DNA from: Carcharhinus amblyrhynchos
Taxonomy: Eukaryota
Assembly: GCA_965287045.1 (NCBI GenBank)
Contig: OZ336883.1
Coordinates: 45,694,001-45,758,000, forward strand
Direction: 5' to 3'
DNA length: 64,000 bases
A program made the translations under genes and the position numbers. The notes under the pieces were generated by a model that was given only the letters and a program-made list of their open reading frames with translations, searched no databases and was not told where the DNA came from. This document shows positions 12,588-25,113 of the stretch, one piece after another (the stretch's first letter is position 1; the number at the start of each line of letters is the position of its first letter).

Positions 12588-14140
12588 GCATTTGCTACCT
12601 AATAAACCTGTTGAACTTCAGCCTGGTGTTGTAAGACTTCTTACTTCAATTCACTCACTTGCTCCCATGCCCACATTTCCATCCTCGGCCTGTTGCAATG
12701 TTCCAGTGAAGCCCAACGCAAACTGAAAGAACAGCACTTCATCTTCTGATTAGACACTTTTCACCCTTCTGGACGCTACATTGAGTTTAACAATTTCATA
12801 TCATGAACTCTATCCTTCATCTTGATATTTCTTCTTCCTTACTTAAAAATGCAAACAAATTGGCGAGACTTTCTAGAAGCTCTTTTGAGATTTCCTGATA
12901 ACCCTTGCTCCATCAAAGTTGTTGTACAATGTATCTCTAATGCTTCTCTTTAGCAACTCGCCTCTAACCCAAAGTCAAACTAATGAGCCTGTGATTTCCC
13001 AGTTACGACCTATTGCCCATCTTAAATATTAGCTCTACATGGGCCAATCTCCATTCTGTGACAGGAGCAATAATGTTTCTGGATTATGATTTTCCCTGAT
13101 TGATCTCCTGCTGTGCTTTCCATTAACTTCACGAAATGAAGTATTTGAGTGAACATTGAGCAGTATTCTTAATGTGATTAAGCATGAGAACTGATTAAAA
13201 ATCTGTGCACTTACATGAATCTAAGTTTGTACCAGTTGTTATATTACCTGATGTAATAGAATTTGTATAATAAGAATTCTCAGGGTGGCTATCCATTTGA
13301 AGTAAAATTCACTATTTGAATTTAAAACAAATGTATATGTTAAGAACCAGCTATAAACATTGTTATTTTTCCATCATTCTTCTTTATTTAATTATTCGTC
13401 TTAACTTAAGTAATCTTCTCCCTGTTCAAACTGGTGTTTTCCTTGTCTGGACACATTCAATTTGCTATTCTTTTCCCACTATGCCTGACCTGATATTTCA
13501 TTCCTTCATCTCCTTCCAGTCACTAGATTAAATGAGTTTCAGTTTAAATGAGCACTCGACCCCACACCCCATGTGGTTGGAGCTGGCACTCACTTTAAAT
13601 TGGTACTTCACTCTACCCATGCTGAGTTCAGGTTGGTACACTTTTCATTTCCCACTTCACCTCAAACATATTCACTACGCAAATCCTATCTGCTAGTTCA
13701 AGCTGGCAATGCTTCCATCCCCCTGTTCCATTGGATTTGTACACTATCCCCTCCCCGCCGTCACTTACTTCAAGGTGAAATACATTTTGCCTCTCTGTTC
13801 GTTGTGGCAGACTTAAAGTCTTGTTCAAAGTGACTGTGTGCTCACCACCCCCATTCAAACCACACCAAAAGAATCACTTCCAACTTCTTTTGCTGCACAC
13901 TTTTCCCTCCTAAGATCGAGGCTTTTCCAACTCTCTTCAGTGTTAATTATAATCTACCCCACACCCCCACTTAGGTCCATCTCTTTGACATATATTCATT
14001 TCATTCTACCCCCTTTTTATTTTCTGCTTTCTTCCCTTCATTACCTTCCATTTCCCAATTTTTCCTCTTTCCTTAGTGTCACTCCCGTTGCTTTCTCTTT
14101 GGACGGAAGTGATTGCAGCTGCAATGTAATAACCCTATTC

Positions 14141-14467
14141 TTAGAATCATAGAATCCCTACAGTCCAGAAGGAGGCCATTCAACCCATCGAGTCTGCATC
14201 GACCACAATCGCACCAGGCCCTATTCCCGCAACCCCAAGCATTTACCATGCTAATCCCTCTGACGCTAGGGTCAATTTATCATGGCCAATCAATCTAATC
14301 TGCATATCTTCGGACTCTGGGAGGAAACCAGAGCATCTGGAGGAAACTCACACAGACACAGGAGAATGTTGCAACCTCCACACAGATACTGACCTAAGGT
14401 TGGAATTGAACCTGGGACCCTGGCACAGTGAGGCAGCATGCTAACCACTGTGCCATCATGCCACCCA
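14141..14467 (-). mobile_element. HE1-like V-SINE
   Basis: Complete tail, V-domain and head in reverse orientation. Confidence 0.9.
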
Positions 14468-15036
14468 AATCTTGCAAGCGATCCTCAAAACAAAATTAGA
14501 ATAGTAGGTAAACTGGGGTAAACTGGGATAATAACAGTTGCAGTACGCAGTAACTCCTGAATTTTGATTTCAACACCATTGAACTCTATTCAGTATTTGT
14601 CCCAGCATGTTCACAGCAGACCAGCTGCCCTCTCCACTTCCAGGCAACATAGACTGCAGTGGAACTATGAGGCATTACCTTATCACATTGAGTAGCTTTT
14701 TGAGGCATGTGCTGCACAGATGGTGCCCTTGCCAGAGAGGCAAATGTTCCCTCTACTATTTAAGGAGGTGAGAGTGGGCAGTTGAGGTCAGTCATTCATC
14801 CATTTCTGGCACTGCACAGAAGACCTCTATTGGAGGCTGTGGGCATTGACCACCTTGCTGACTACCTCCTAAGCAGGGTAGGTTACACAGCCCACCCACC
14901 GCCTTCCACCCCCACGGGACAGGAGGCCCCTTCTGCTCTCATTACGTTGGGAAAAGGGTTGTTGAATCTGGGAGTTGCAGATTCCTGAGATCGACCAGTC
15001 ATCTGCTCCTTCCACGATGGGTTCATGCCATAGTAT

Positions 15037-15415
15037 TTAATTTTTTTAATTCATTCATGGGACATGGGCATCGCTGATTGGCCAGCATTTATTGTCCATT
15101 CCTAGTTGCCTGAGGGCAATTGAGGGTCAACCACATTGCTGAGACTCTGGAAGCCAGACCGGGTAAGGGCATGTAGGCCAGACCAGGTAAGGACAGTAGA
15201 TTTCCTTCCCTGAAGGATGTTAGGGAACCTGAAGGGTTTTTTCAACAATCAACAATGGTTTCATGGTCATCAGTAGATTCTTAATTCCAGATATTTTTTA
15301 TTGAATTCAGATTCCACCATCTGCTGTGGTGGGATTCGAATCCTTGTCCCCTGAACATTAGCTGAGTTTCTGGGTTAATAGTCAAGCGATAATATCACTA
15401 GGTCATCACCTTCCA
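15037..15415 (-). mobile_element. Deu-SINE (SacSINE1-like)
   Basis: GGCCAGCATTTATTG..., GTAAGGACAGTAGATTTCCTTCCCTGAAGGA, reverse tRNA head GGGATTCGAATCC. Confidence 0.75.
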
Positions 15416-17959
15416 TATATCCAGGAAATGACGTGTGGAGATAACATCATCCAGCCTACCCACCACATAATACATTGGGATACCCTCAACTGCATAACAA
15501 ATCAGAACAGCAGAGGACATTACGGCATGAATTCCCACTGGATACCATGGCAGGAAGCACTCCCAGATCCCACTCCCACCATGTGATTTAGGCACGGAAT
15601 TTAAAATCCCAGCCTGAAAGTCTTGGTAGTAACCATGAAAGCTATGGACATTTATAACTGTTTTGTTCGCTCTTTGAAAGTCTCCCAATTAGAGTTAAGA
15701 GGACTTGGTTGTGAAAGCATTTTATTTTTCCAATACCTTCAGCATTTCTGCAATGAGTTCATGCCACTAATATAATAATTTTCAAATTGTTCAGTTTCAA
15801 ATCCTGTGGCAGTGAAAGAAATGTTTAAATATAATTAAATTGACTGAAAATGCCTCAACTGGCACCTTCGTGTTCGCAAGTCCAGGTTAATTGTGTGCCT
15901 GTCATTCATTTTGATCAGAGTAATTTAAAATAATATTGAAATCTGGGTGAAATAGTGGAGGTTTTGATGGGAATTACTGGAAGTTTGAATCAAATGGATG
16001 ATTTCCTTGAGAGGAAGGAATGATATTGTTTCCGTGTTAGGAGGCTACCAACAGTGACATTTAGTGAGAACAGATAAGGGGCAGGGGGGAGGGTGGGGGA
16101 GGGGTGGTGTCAATCCCATCAGATAGCCTATGGGAATCCTGATGCTCTGCTGAATGGGGTGTCAGCCACAAATCAGAATTCCTGACAAGCGTGAGGGTGA
16201 TTGGGATTCAGCCAACCTGTCTGTCCTGATTAGGTTCCCATCCAGAGTGGGCAGCAACCCCATTATTATGTAAACCCACTAATAGTAATACAATTCATTC
16301 AGTGGCCTCCTGCCATTCACCAGCTTCCTCAGCAAGAACTGCACTAGCTGGACTTTGGACTTGGCAAGCAGGATCCCAAGGGGGTTTAAGTGACTAAGTA
16401 GTGTGCAAAAGAGAAAGCGAAACCACATAACCCTTTTGAAGAAACCACAACTGTCAATCACACTGAGAATCTTAAGTAAATATTGTGGTTAGGAACAATG
16501 AAGGGACTTCTGATGCATTCAAGTGTGAAAGGAAAGGTAAATGAACACAGCTGACTGGAGGCTGAGTAAAAACCATGGAGCTGTCAATCAAAGCCCATTT
16601 CAAAGCTCCACACTCCAACTGAAAGAGGTCAAAGGCTTTTCAATTGAATAGAGATGGTTGCAAAGGTTTCTGCTTTCTAGAAAGGCTCAGCGATCTCAAA
16701 TAAAAGCCCCAATGTACTTAGAGTGAACACCTGTGGAGAAGGGATCCCCCTTCACCCCCAGTGAAATTGACATTTCTTTTCTGTCAGAGAACTTCAAAGG
16801 GGTCTATTCACAACTGCAACTTCTGACAGAGAGGAAAGGAAATTCCTGCTGTGGATTGGAATGCTGCAGTGATTTAAATTCCTGCCAGCTGTCCAGGGGG
16901 CAAGGGGATTAAAGTAATTTGGCCACTTCAAAGTTCTCACAGCTGACAGGCAGGAATGACCATGTTGGTCACAGGATTATCTGAAATCATCACACCAGGG
17001 GTGGTCTTCAGATCTGTCATGGCTAGAAGGGGCAGTCTAGCCATGAGGCCCCATCCTGAAAAAGAAGGACAAGGTCAACACCTTTCCCCAGCCCGAGTCT
17101 TTCCAACCTCCCAGACGCTGGCAGTGGCAGAGGGCACATTGACAGTGGCCTTACCCTCTTTAACCTCCTCAGGATCCAAGGCACTAGGCCAGGGTGGCAG
17201 TGCCAGTGTGCCAGGGGAAGTGCAATGTTGGTTTTGCCAAAGTGCATGGCCTAAAGGGTGGCCTTTTTTGTTGACTGATTGGGAGTCTGAGGGGAGGGAG
17301 CTCAGTGTGGGTCTGAGTGGGGACGAGGCCTGAGGAGGGAGTTGGGTTACCCTCAAACCTGTGTGGTGTGTGATGGGGTGGGGTTAACCCGTTATTTGAA
17401 CGGTGGGGGAGGATACCTCTCTTTGCTGAGGGGTTGGTGGCGATTCCCTGGTCAGCAGCGGGGTTCTCTATTTTGTGTTTTGGTGTAGATGGGGAATGCG
17501 GAGATCAGGGCAAACTTTTAAAATGGTGTCCCAATTTATGAACAGCAGGGGCTGGTCGGCATGGATCACAGGACGTATAAATTTACATCCATCAGGTGGG
17601 TGAACCCCGCCTGTCAGAAGCTTCCAGGGCCAGTGCAAAACCCTTCCTTTTTCATGCCAGCGGAGCACTTAGAGTAAAAATGAGTGAATTACAGCCCACT
17701 TTTGAAGGTGTCGATAAAGTTTGGGCCTGTTATTGATGAATTACCTAGAACCGGATGACCACTCCAACTGCAAAAAATGGTTGCCAAACTAAAATTGACT
17801 TTATAGATAAACAATTAACCCAAAATAATAAACTTGATGATGACGTGGAAGCCCCCACATAGCATTGAATACTCCAGTGAGTTATATAGAGCACATGTTG
17901 AATCATCCATGTTGAGAAACAAGAGGTCAGTATAGCTGTAGACAATTTTACCCCTTGAG

Positions 17960-19200
17960 TTCGTTCCACCAGCCAATGAGATCATGATTGATTTGAGAAC
18001 TAACTTTCAACATCTTTCTTTCTTTGCCCCATATGCCTGAATACCTTTGGCTAACTTGATCATTGAATTATAGGAGTCATTATCAGATAGGCTGAGGCCA
18101 TTTAGCCCATCAACCTCAGATTTAAAAGTAATAACTCATCTACCATCCATCATTGCTTATGGAAGAGAATTTCAAACTTCTACCAACCTTTGTAAGTGGA
18201 AGATTTCATTTCTGAAAGATTTGGCTCGAAGAAGGGCAGGAAAAGGACACAGTTCACTGAACCTACTCTTCCATTCAATACAGTCATGGCTGATCTTGGG
18301 TTTCAACTCCATTTTTCCACCATGCCCCACATCCATTGATTCCCTGAGAGACCAAACATATGTCTATCCCAATCTTAAATGCAATCAACAATGGAATATC
18401 GCAACTCTCTAAGGTAGAGAATTCCCAAGATTCACAACTCCTTGAGTGAAGAATTTCTCTTCATCCTAAATAATCAACCCATTACCATGAGATATTTCCC
18501 TATGTTTTAGATTCCCCAACCGGTGGAAATAATCTCTCGGCATTTATCCCATCAAGCCCCTTTAGAATCTTGTAGGTTTCAATGAAATCACTTTTTATTG
18601 TTCTTAGACTCCAGAGAATATAAACCCCATTTGTTCAGACTCACACAGGACAGCCCTCAGGTCCCAGGTTAGTGAACATTCTTTCTTCTGCCTCCAATAC
18701 ACGTGTATCCTTTCTGAAATTTGGAGACCAAATTTTACACAATACTTCAGATGGGGTCTCGCCAAAATCCTGTGCAACTTTAATAAGACTTCTTTATCCT
18801 CGTACTCCAATCTCCTTGCAATAAAGGCCAACATGTCATTTGCCTTCCTATTTGTTGTAGCACCCGTATGCTGCCTGACTTTCTGCATTTTTTTGTACAA
18901 GCACGCCTAAGTCTCTTTGAACATCAACATTTACAAGTTTCTTATCTTTTATAAAAGTTCTGTTTTTCTATTCTTACGATGAAAGTTAGTAACTTCACAC
19001 TTCCCTTCATAATACTCCATCAGCCATCTTGCTCCATCCATTCACCTATACTGTCTGTATGGGCAGGATTTTATGGCCTCACTCGAGCGAGATCGGAAAT
19101 TCCCGCCCGAGGCCAACGGACATTTTGGTTGTCTGCCCCTCATCCACCCCCACTACTTTGTGGGCGAGGCGGTAAAGTTCCAGTGTATATCTCATTTTCC
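17960..19200 (-). mobile_element. Decayed CR1 3' fragments
   Basis: ORF 18604..18900 RKANDMLAFIARRLEYEDKEVLLKLHRILARPHLKYCV; reverse CR1 3' UTR motifs. Confidence 0.8.
19061..19185. mobile_element. Harbinger-type MITE
   Basis: GGGCAGGATTTTA...TAAAGTTCCAGTG with 3-bp TSD TAT; same family as 6827-6951, and 54082-54214 looks related. Confidence 0.7.
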
Positions 19201-21384
19201 TCTCTGGCCAGAATTTACTGTTCCCATTCACTTTGGGCAATTTCAGCAATGGAAGCGGAAAATATTACAAGAAGTGCAAAGTAACATTTTACATCAGCAA
19301 GGACGCTTGCTGTGTTTGTTCCCTCCCACCATCATTGGCAAGCAGCCATTGAATGTCGGGAACCTTGTTTGAATATATTAGCATCTCATTATCAGGCATC
19401 TACATCAAAAAATCTATCTATAGCAAACTGATGTCAGAATGGCACAAAGAATGACTGGTTTCAAAAGCCACTTGGCAACCAGACCTCCAAGGATCTCTCA
19501 AGGTGAGCTTGAGGGTCGCAGAGTGGCTCCATGTATTCAGAGGTTTGGCTCAAGAAGCACCAGACTTGATTCTGAGGGGACCAGTTCTTGACTTGGGGTA
19601 CACTAGAAGCCGATGGTATTGGGATTGCCGTGGGGAACAACAGGATGCAAGAGACCAGAGTTCACCTTGGAGTACATGAGGCTTGATCAGGAGGTACCAA
19701 TGTTCGATTCAAATGGTGACCTGTGTTTAGCTAAAAGGGCGAATGAGGTGTCACTGCAAGTGAGACCAGAATTGGCAAATTGTCTTGATCCGCTTGGAAA
19801 ACGGCACAGTTGCACAATGCAGCTACACGGGACAGCGCAGCCCAAGTGAGAGAACTGAAAGGGAGACTGGAAGAGAGACCAGAATAAGACTCAAAGGAAG
19901 ATTAATGTAAGAATGGAAGGAAGAACAGAATTAGAGTCAAAAGGGACAGGGGTAAAGATTGAAGGGAGACTGCGGTAAGACTGAAAGACAGTCTGGGGTA
20001 AGACGGAAGGGAAGTTGGGCAATACTCAAAGTGTATGGAAGTGTTTGATTGCTGGGTACTGGGGGTTTAACGCCAAGGTAATTGAAGTGGTGGTGGGGGT
20101 TGATTCCAGATGACTGGGAAGTTCCATGGTGACGGGGATGGGTGTGACTCAGGGAAGATAGTCGGGGTGGGATGATGGGGTTGATTGTCAAGTGTGACAA
20201 GCTTTGTTCTTCAGGATGCTTTTAGCTGCTGGGCCAAGGGTTTCTTAGAAGGGCCTCACAGAGGGAAGGAAATGTGGTGAGGGGTGAGGGGAATCACCAT
20301 GGACTGACATTTCCACCCAGCCTCTGACAGGGGGTGGGGTGCTTAAATGACATGGTGTCAAAGACAAGACTAATTCAAAAATCTGTCAGTCATCAAGAAT
20401 CTCATTGCAGCTCAGGGTATTCAGCTCTATGTAAATTGTCATGCCCAGAATCAAACTAGTTATGCAATTATGCTCACTCAAGTTCCTCTTACATGTCTGA
20501 GTGCCACTGATTGCTGTTCAAGTGTTAAGCCTTTGGCACACTGACTTCCAAAATCAATGACTGCTATGATGTCCTTGTACCATTGACTGACTGGGCTTGT
20601 AGCCTTATTTCCCTAGAGATAAAAACCCAAAATACTAGATAAACTCAGTAGGTTGGCAGCATCTGTAGAGAGAATCAAAGTTAACATTTCAGGTCCAAAT
20701 GAGCTGTCTGCAGAGAGTTGACAATGGCACACTGCTGGAGGAAAGGGCTCCTAATCTCTGCCTAGTACTGAGGTGAGTATTGACAAGAGGTCCCCATAGA
20801 CATGGTTGAGGATAAGGCCTTGGAGTGAAGCTTTGCACAATACCTACATCTGCGACAAAAGCTCAGGATGCAGTAGAATGGCCAAATCTGTGGTCATTCA
20901 GTCATGTGGTTTTGGGCAAGGGTAGTGTGGGGCATTGACAAAGTAGAAAGCAAAGATCAATATAGTGAGGACTCTCCATTATCTTCATGTGGCTTCTGTG
21001 AGCATTGCACTTTTGTCTGTCTGACTGATGGCAACACATTCTCTGATAAGTTTCCGGTCATGGGACTGCAATGGTTTCTCATCATCCCTATATTTTGGGA
21101 GGGTGGCGATGAACTGCAGTGGGAACAGTGCTTAGAATCTCAGAGCTTCTGTGAATGTCTGCCTCCTGTCTGGCTGATGGCAGCTTGCTGGCTTTCAATC
21201 ACTAGGTTCTCATGGCCATACCACAGGGAGAGTTTCACCTCTCCTGATCTTCGGCATCTTTCCTGAGCATCATCCCTGACGTCCAGTGTCACTGGAGGTT
21301 AAAGCAGTTGAGATTGGGGCATGGCCACACCTCAAAGGTGCAGAGAGCACACACATTGACATTGATTGGAATGAGTGACGCTAA

Positions 21385-21783
21385 CAAAGAACAAAGAACA
21401 ACACAGCACAGGAAACAGGCCATTCGGCCCTACAAGCCCACGCCACCCATTTTAACATTCAATGAGTGCCTATTTCCAATCCTTCTTCTACCTACGACTT
21501 TTGTCTATGCCTCATGGACTCCACAATAAAGGGGTGCAAATTTAGAGAATTATATGCATGCCAGATTAAGGGAGGTCTAATTTAGGGACAATTTGTTAAC
21601 ACCAATCAGCCTAAAAGCACGTTTTTGGGGTATGGGAGGAAACTGGAGCACCTGGAGATAACCCATGCAAGCACTGGGAGAATGTGCAAGCTCCCACAGA
21701 CACCGACCCAAGTCGGAGATCCGACTCAGGTCTATGTATCTGCACAGCGAACAGTGATAGTCACTGAGCTGTTGTGTTGCCCG
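21385..21783 (-). mobile_element. Divergent V-SINE with (AAAGAAC)n CR1-type tail
   Basis: AAAGAACAAAGAAC...AGGCCATTCGGCCC; GGGAGGAAACTGGAGCACCTGGAG; reverse tRNA head. Confidence 0.75.
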
Positions 21784-22280
21784 TCAGTTTGTCCAGTTTA
21801 AGTGTACACTAACGGCGTGAAGCACTAGGCAACTCTCGAAGCAACATCCAAGAGCAGCCCTCGCACGACCCACCACGTGTATGCCCCTTGTTGGACAACA
21901 AGGCGGACCGAATCACCTGTGGATGTAAAAAGCGACATCAATAAACATACACAGCCTATACAGACATTTACAGAAGATCCCCAGAAGCTTGTACATTGTG
22001 GGAGAAATCCTCAATCCAGGTACAGGCATGACCGATGTGTTCAGTCACTGAAAAGGAACATCATCAATGTGCTGCGAACCTTGCACAAAGCGCAGGGAAG
22101 AAACCTTTCACTGAGAACCCTGCATTACTCTTGTGCGGGAATCAAATCTTCACTTCAAAATTACAGGAACACACCTCATCAGAACAAGGAGCCATAGAAA
22201 AGGATGTAATTAGTGGAAGTTTACCTAAAGAGATGAATGTTACGTACAGGTGGTTAACGCTCATGCCCAAGAAGTGCAAC

Positions 22281-23740
22281 TAACCATGCCACTAAGTCTT
22301 GGTGTATTTCCAACATCCATAGCGAAGGTGGAGGCAGCCTGCTGTCTGCCATGCCTTGTTGTCCTTGATGAGATTGATGGATGTTCTCTGGAGGGCCGAT
22401 ATACCTGGAGTCCCTAACCTACTTTTGGGATTCTGCTGTGTGGCTGTGCCACCCTCCTTAACCTATGAATCAGTCACAGAGGGGTTGCGGATGGGTAGGA
22501 CATTCCTGGAATCCCTGGGTATTCACCAGTTGATGCTTCTGCCTATGTGCCCAAGGGCCCCTGACTTCTTCCTTGGGATAGAGGGGCAGCTGGAGTGAGG
22601 TTGAGAAGCCCTGCTTTCCTGTGGCCTTGGCATTGATGGATCCCAGCAAGTCCCTGCATCATGGAGTGTTCCTCCTGCAGCAGTGAAAGAATAAAGTCTT
22701 GCACCAGGATCTCCATGGCGACTACCACCCTAGCTGCGTTGACCTTGATGCATTGGAGTGTCACAATCACCTCAGACATAAGGTGGACATACTCCTCCAT
22801 ACAGCCTTTCAATCTGAGGAGTGTAATGGACATCTCTTCCTGATTTTCACGAGTTTACCTTTGGAGGTCTGGCAACTGAGATATGACTGAGCTCAGAGGC
22901 TCATCATCTGACTGGGTCTCAGCAGATTCCTGGCCTCCAGCAATCTCTCAGTGTCAACACCCTGGGAAGTTCCTGCCTCCCACCCCCTGTGGCTCTGATG
23001 TGCTCACCAGATTGTGACCCCAAGGCTATTCTAGAAGTCAATCCCACCGAGGTCTATTTCACTGCATTGGTGGAGGGTGTGGGTGAATGCTGTGATGGTT
23101 CTTCAATATCAGGGTCTGTGAATGCCTCCTCTGTGCTGCTCTCAGGGCTGGAGCCAAGGACCTGGCTGATCCTGTGAGAGGAAGGAGTTCTGCATTAGTG
23201 CATGGCAGGGACCTTTAGAAGCAGGAGATATAACTCACAGCATTGTTGTCAGATGGGTGATATTATGCATTTGGTTTCTCACCGCTGACTTCACCATCAG
23301 CACAAGAGCTGTCGACATTCTCTCCGGCCAGCTGGATGGCTCTGTCCTCAAAGGTCAAGAGGATCTTGAGTTCTGGCATCCCTCAACCTGTCTAGGATCT
23401 CTCTGTCCTTGTTATGAGCCAACTTGTCCTGAACGCAAACAGATGGAGAGACTGTAAACAGGATATATGCCAGGGCAGATGATAAGAATGCCTGGAATGT
23501 GTGTGTGTGTATTGAATGGGACCAGTGAGGCGATGAGGACACATCCTGCAGGGGAGATTAAGCTGTGCGTTGGAGAACAATGTGTGGTGTCCCTTGAGGT
23601 GGAATTATGTGAGATTCCTGTGGATGTGTGATGGGTATGTGAGTGTGAGTTGAGAATGATTTATTCAATTGGAACAAAGGAGATTATTCACCTTGCAGCA
23701 TGAGTAGTTATCCTCCTCTGCAAAGCATTGCCACTACCTG
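22281..23740 (-). pseudogene. Harbinger Myb/SANT-like DNA-binding gene remnant, intron-containing
   Basis: Exon DKLAHNK..ERS*TG*GMPELKI..TFEDRAIQLAGENVDSSCADGEV flanked by AG/GT; ORF 22543..22833 homologous to 39213..39458. Confidence 0.7.
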
Positions 23741-24028
23741 TCAAAGAAAGTTTATTTATTAGTGTCACAAGCAGACTTACATTAACACTACAACAAAGTT
23801 ACCCATGAAAATCCCTTCAATTTGATGCTGCATCATGCTCCTTATGCTGGATTGGTGATCTGGCTTGGAGATCTTTGCCTAGAATGCAAGTATATCACAT
23901 TGCGGGATCACATTAGGGATTGCACTGTGTCCAGGAAAGGGAAGTATATTTCTTAGTGACAACTGTGCTAGCTGTTTGCAGGGATAACCTTTAAATGTAG
24001 CTCTCCTGTTGGTAAAGGAGGTATGCCA

Positions 24029-24296
24029 GGAAAAGGTACAAAGTCTGAGGTCACTTGCCAACCGACTCAATGACAACTTCTTCCCTACTGCCATCAGACT
24101 TCTGAATGAACCTACCTTGCGTTAAGTTGATCTTTGTCTACAACCTAGCTATGACTGTAACATTACATTCTGCACCACCCTCTCCTTTCCTTCTCTATGA
24201 ATGGTATGTTTTTTCTGTATAGTGCACAACAAACAATACTTTTCACTATATACTAATACATGAGACAATAATAAAATGGAATCAAATCAAATCAAA
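24029..24296 (+). mobile_element. Rex1/Babar LINE 3' end
   Basis: SLRSLANRLNDNFFPTAIRLLN, then ACATGAGACAATAATAAA and (ATCAA)n tail. Confidence 0.8.
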
Positions 24297-24354
24297 GGAT
24301 GTTGGGCCAGGTGAATCAGAGGCCACCCGCCAATGATACAGAGTGAAACTTGTG

Positions 24355-25091
24355 TGTTCGAGAGGTTAGGATAACATGGGCCTAAAAAGAATAGGTGGAT
24401 TAATTTAGAGTGAATATAAAAGTACAAAGTAACTGGGGTTACAAAAGTACAGTGTGCATAGAAACACATATAACCACTGTTAGATAATTTAAACCCGTAT
24501 TTTTGAAAAAAATTATTTTCTGTATTAAAGGTACACATGTTGGTCAGTTATAATGCTCTAAGCATGATGGCATATAGCTAAGTAAAAAGGACCACGTTCT
24601 TTGAAAACAATTGAGCAATTGAGAGAAACAAAAAGAACTTTCATCTTCATGTGGACTTTAGAAAGTTCAAGCTTCCAGTAGAATGAATAGAATAATAACA
24701 TTTTCCGAATGAGGGGTTGCTAATTAGACAGTGGGAGAAGAACTTTTGATCTGTACAGACTTATGTATTGGAGTTGTTAGGAGAGAGTGGGCAAGACATT
24801 TTGAATTCAATAGACCTATGTATTCTCATGCTGCCAGAGAGTAGAACATTACTGGCCAAGGTAAGTGATTCATAATAAAATGATTGGCCAAGTCCGGCTA
24901 GGATGAGCAAAAGAGGCGGGCAAATAATTTTTGAAAAATATATAATTGTACTGCTGAGAATAATGCAATTTAGAATAGTTTGAGCTGCGTCAAATTATTC
25001 TCTAATGCATGTGGACCAGGCCTGGGCAATAACATATTTCTTTATTGTCTCTGTGAGTCATTTGTATATGGTCTCCCAAAAAGCTCCTGCA
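24355..25091 (+). repeat. ERV 5' LTR
   Basis: TGTTCGAGAGGTTAGGATA...GGTCTCCCAAAAAGCTCCTGCA, colinear with 30769-31864. Confidence 0.9.
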
Positions 25092-25095
25092 GAAT

Positions 25096-25113
25096 TGACA
25101 CTGCAAACAGGGT
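25096..25113 (+). promoter_or_regulatory. Degenerate primer-binding site, tRNA-Ser-like
   Basis: TGACACTGCAAACAGGGT versus recalled TGGCGCAGCGAGCAGGGT: 13/18, mismatches mostly G>A, 4 nt after the LTR. Confidence 0.45.

Larger units (their letters stand above)
12258..12645. mobile_element. Palindromic Penelope-like pLTR element with two hammerhead motifs
   Basis: Inverted arms 12295-12466 and 12474-12645, 7-nt loop, plus an unpaired 37-nt extension at 12258-12294. Confidence 0.85.
12042..12830 (+). pseudogene. Penelope-like GIY-YIG endonuclease remnant, split by a palindromic insertion
   Basis: Translates FTCTYFNLICCICCSQCDLLYIG ... EHLHSVYKHGPDL [insert] FNSLTCSHAHISILGLLQCSSEAQRKLKEQHFIF*LDTFHPSG..IEFNNF. 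Confidence 0.85.
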
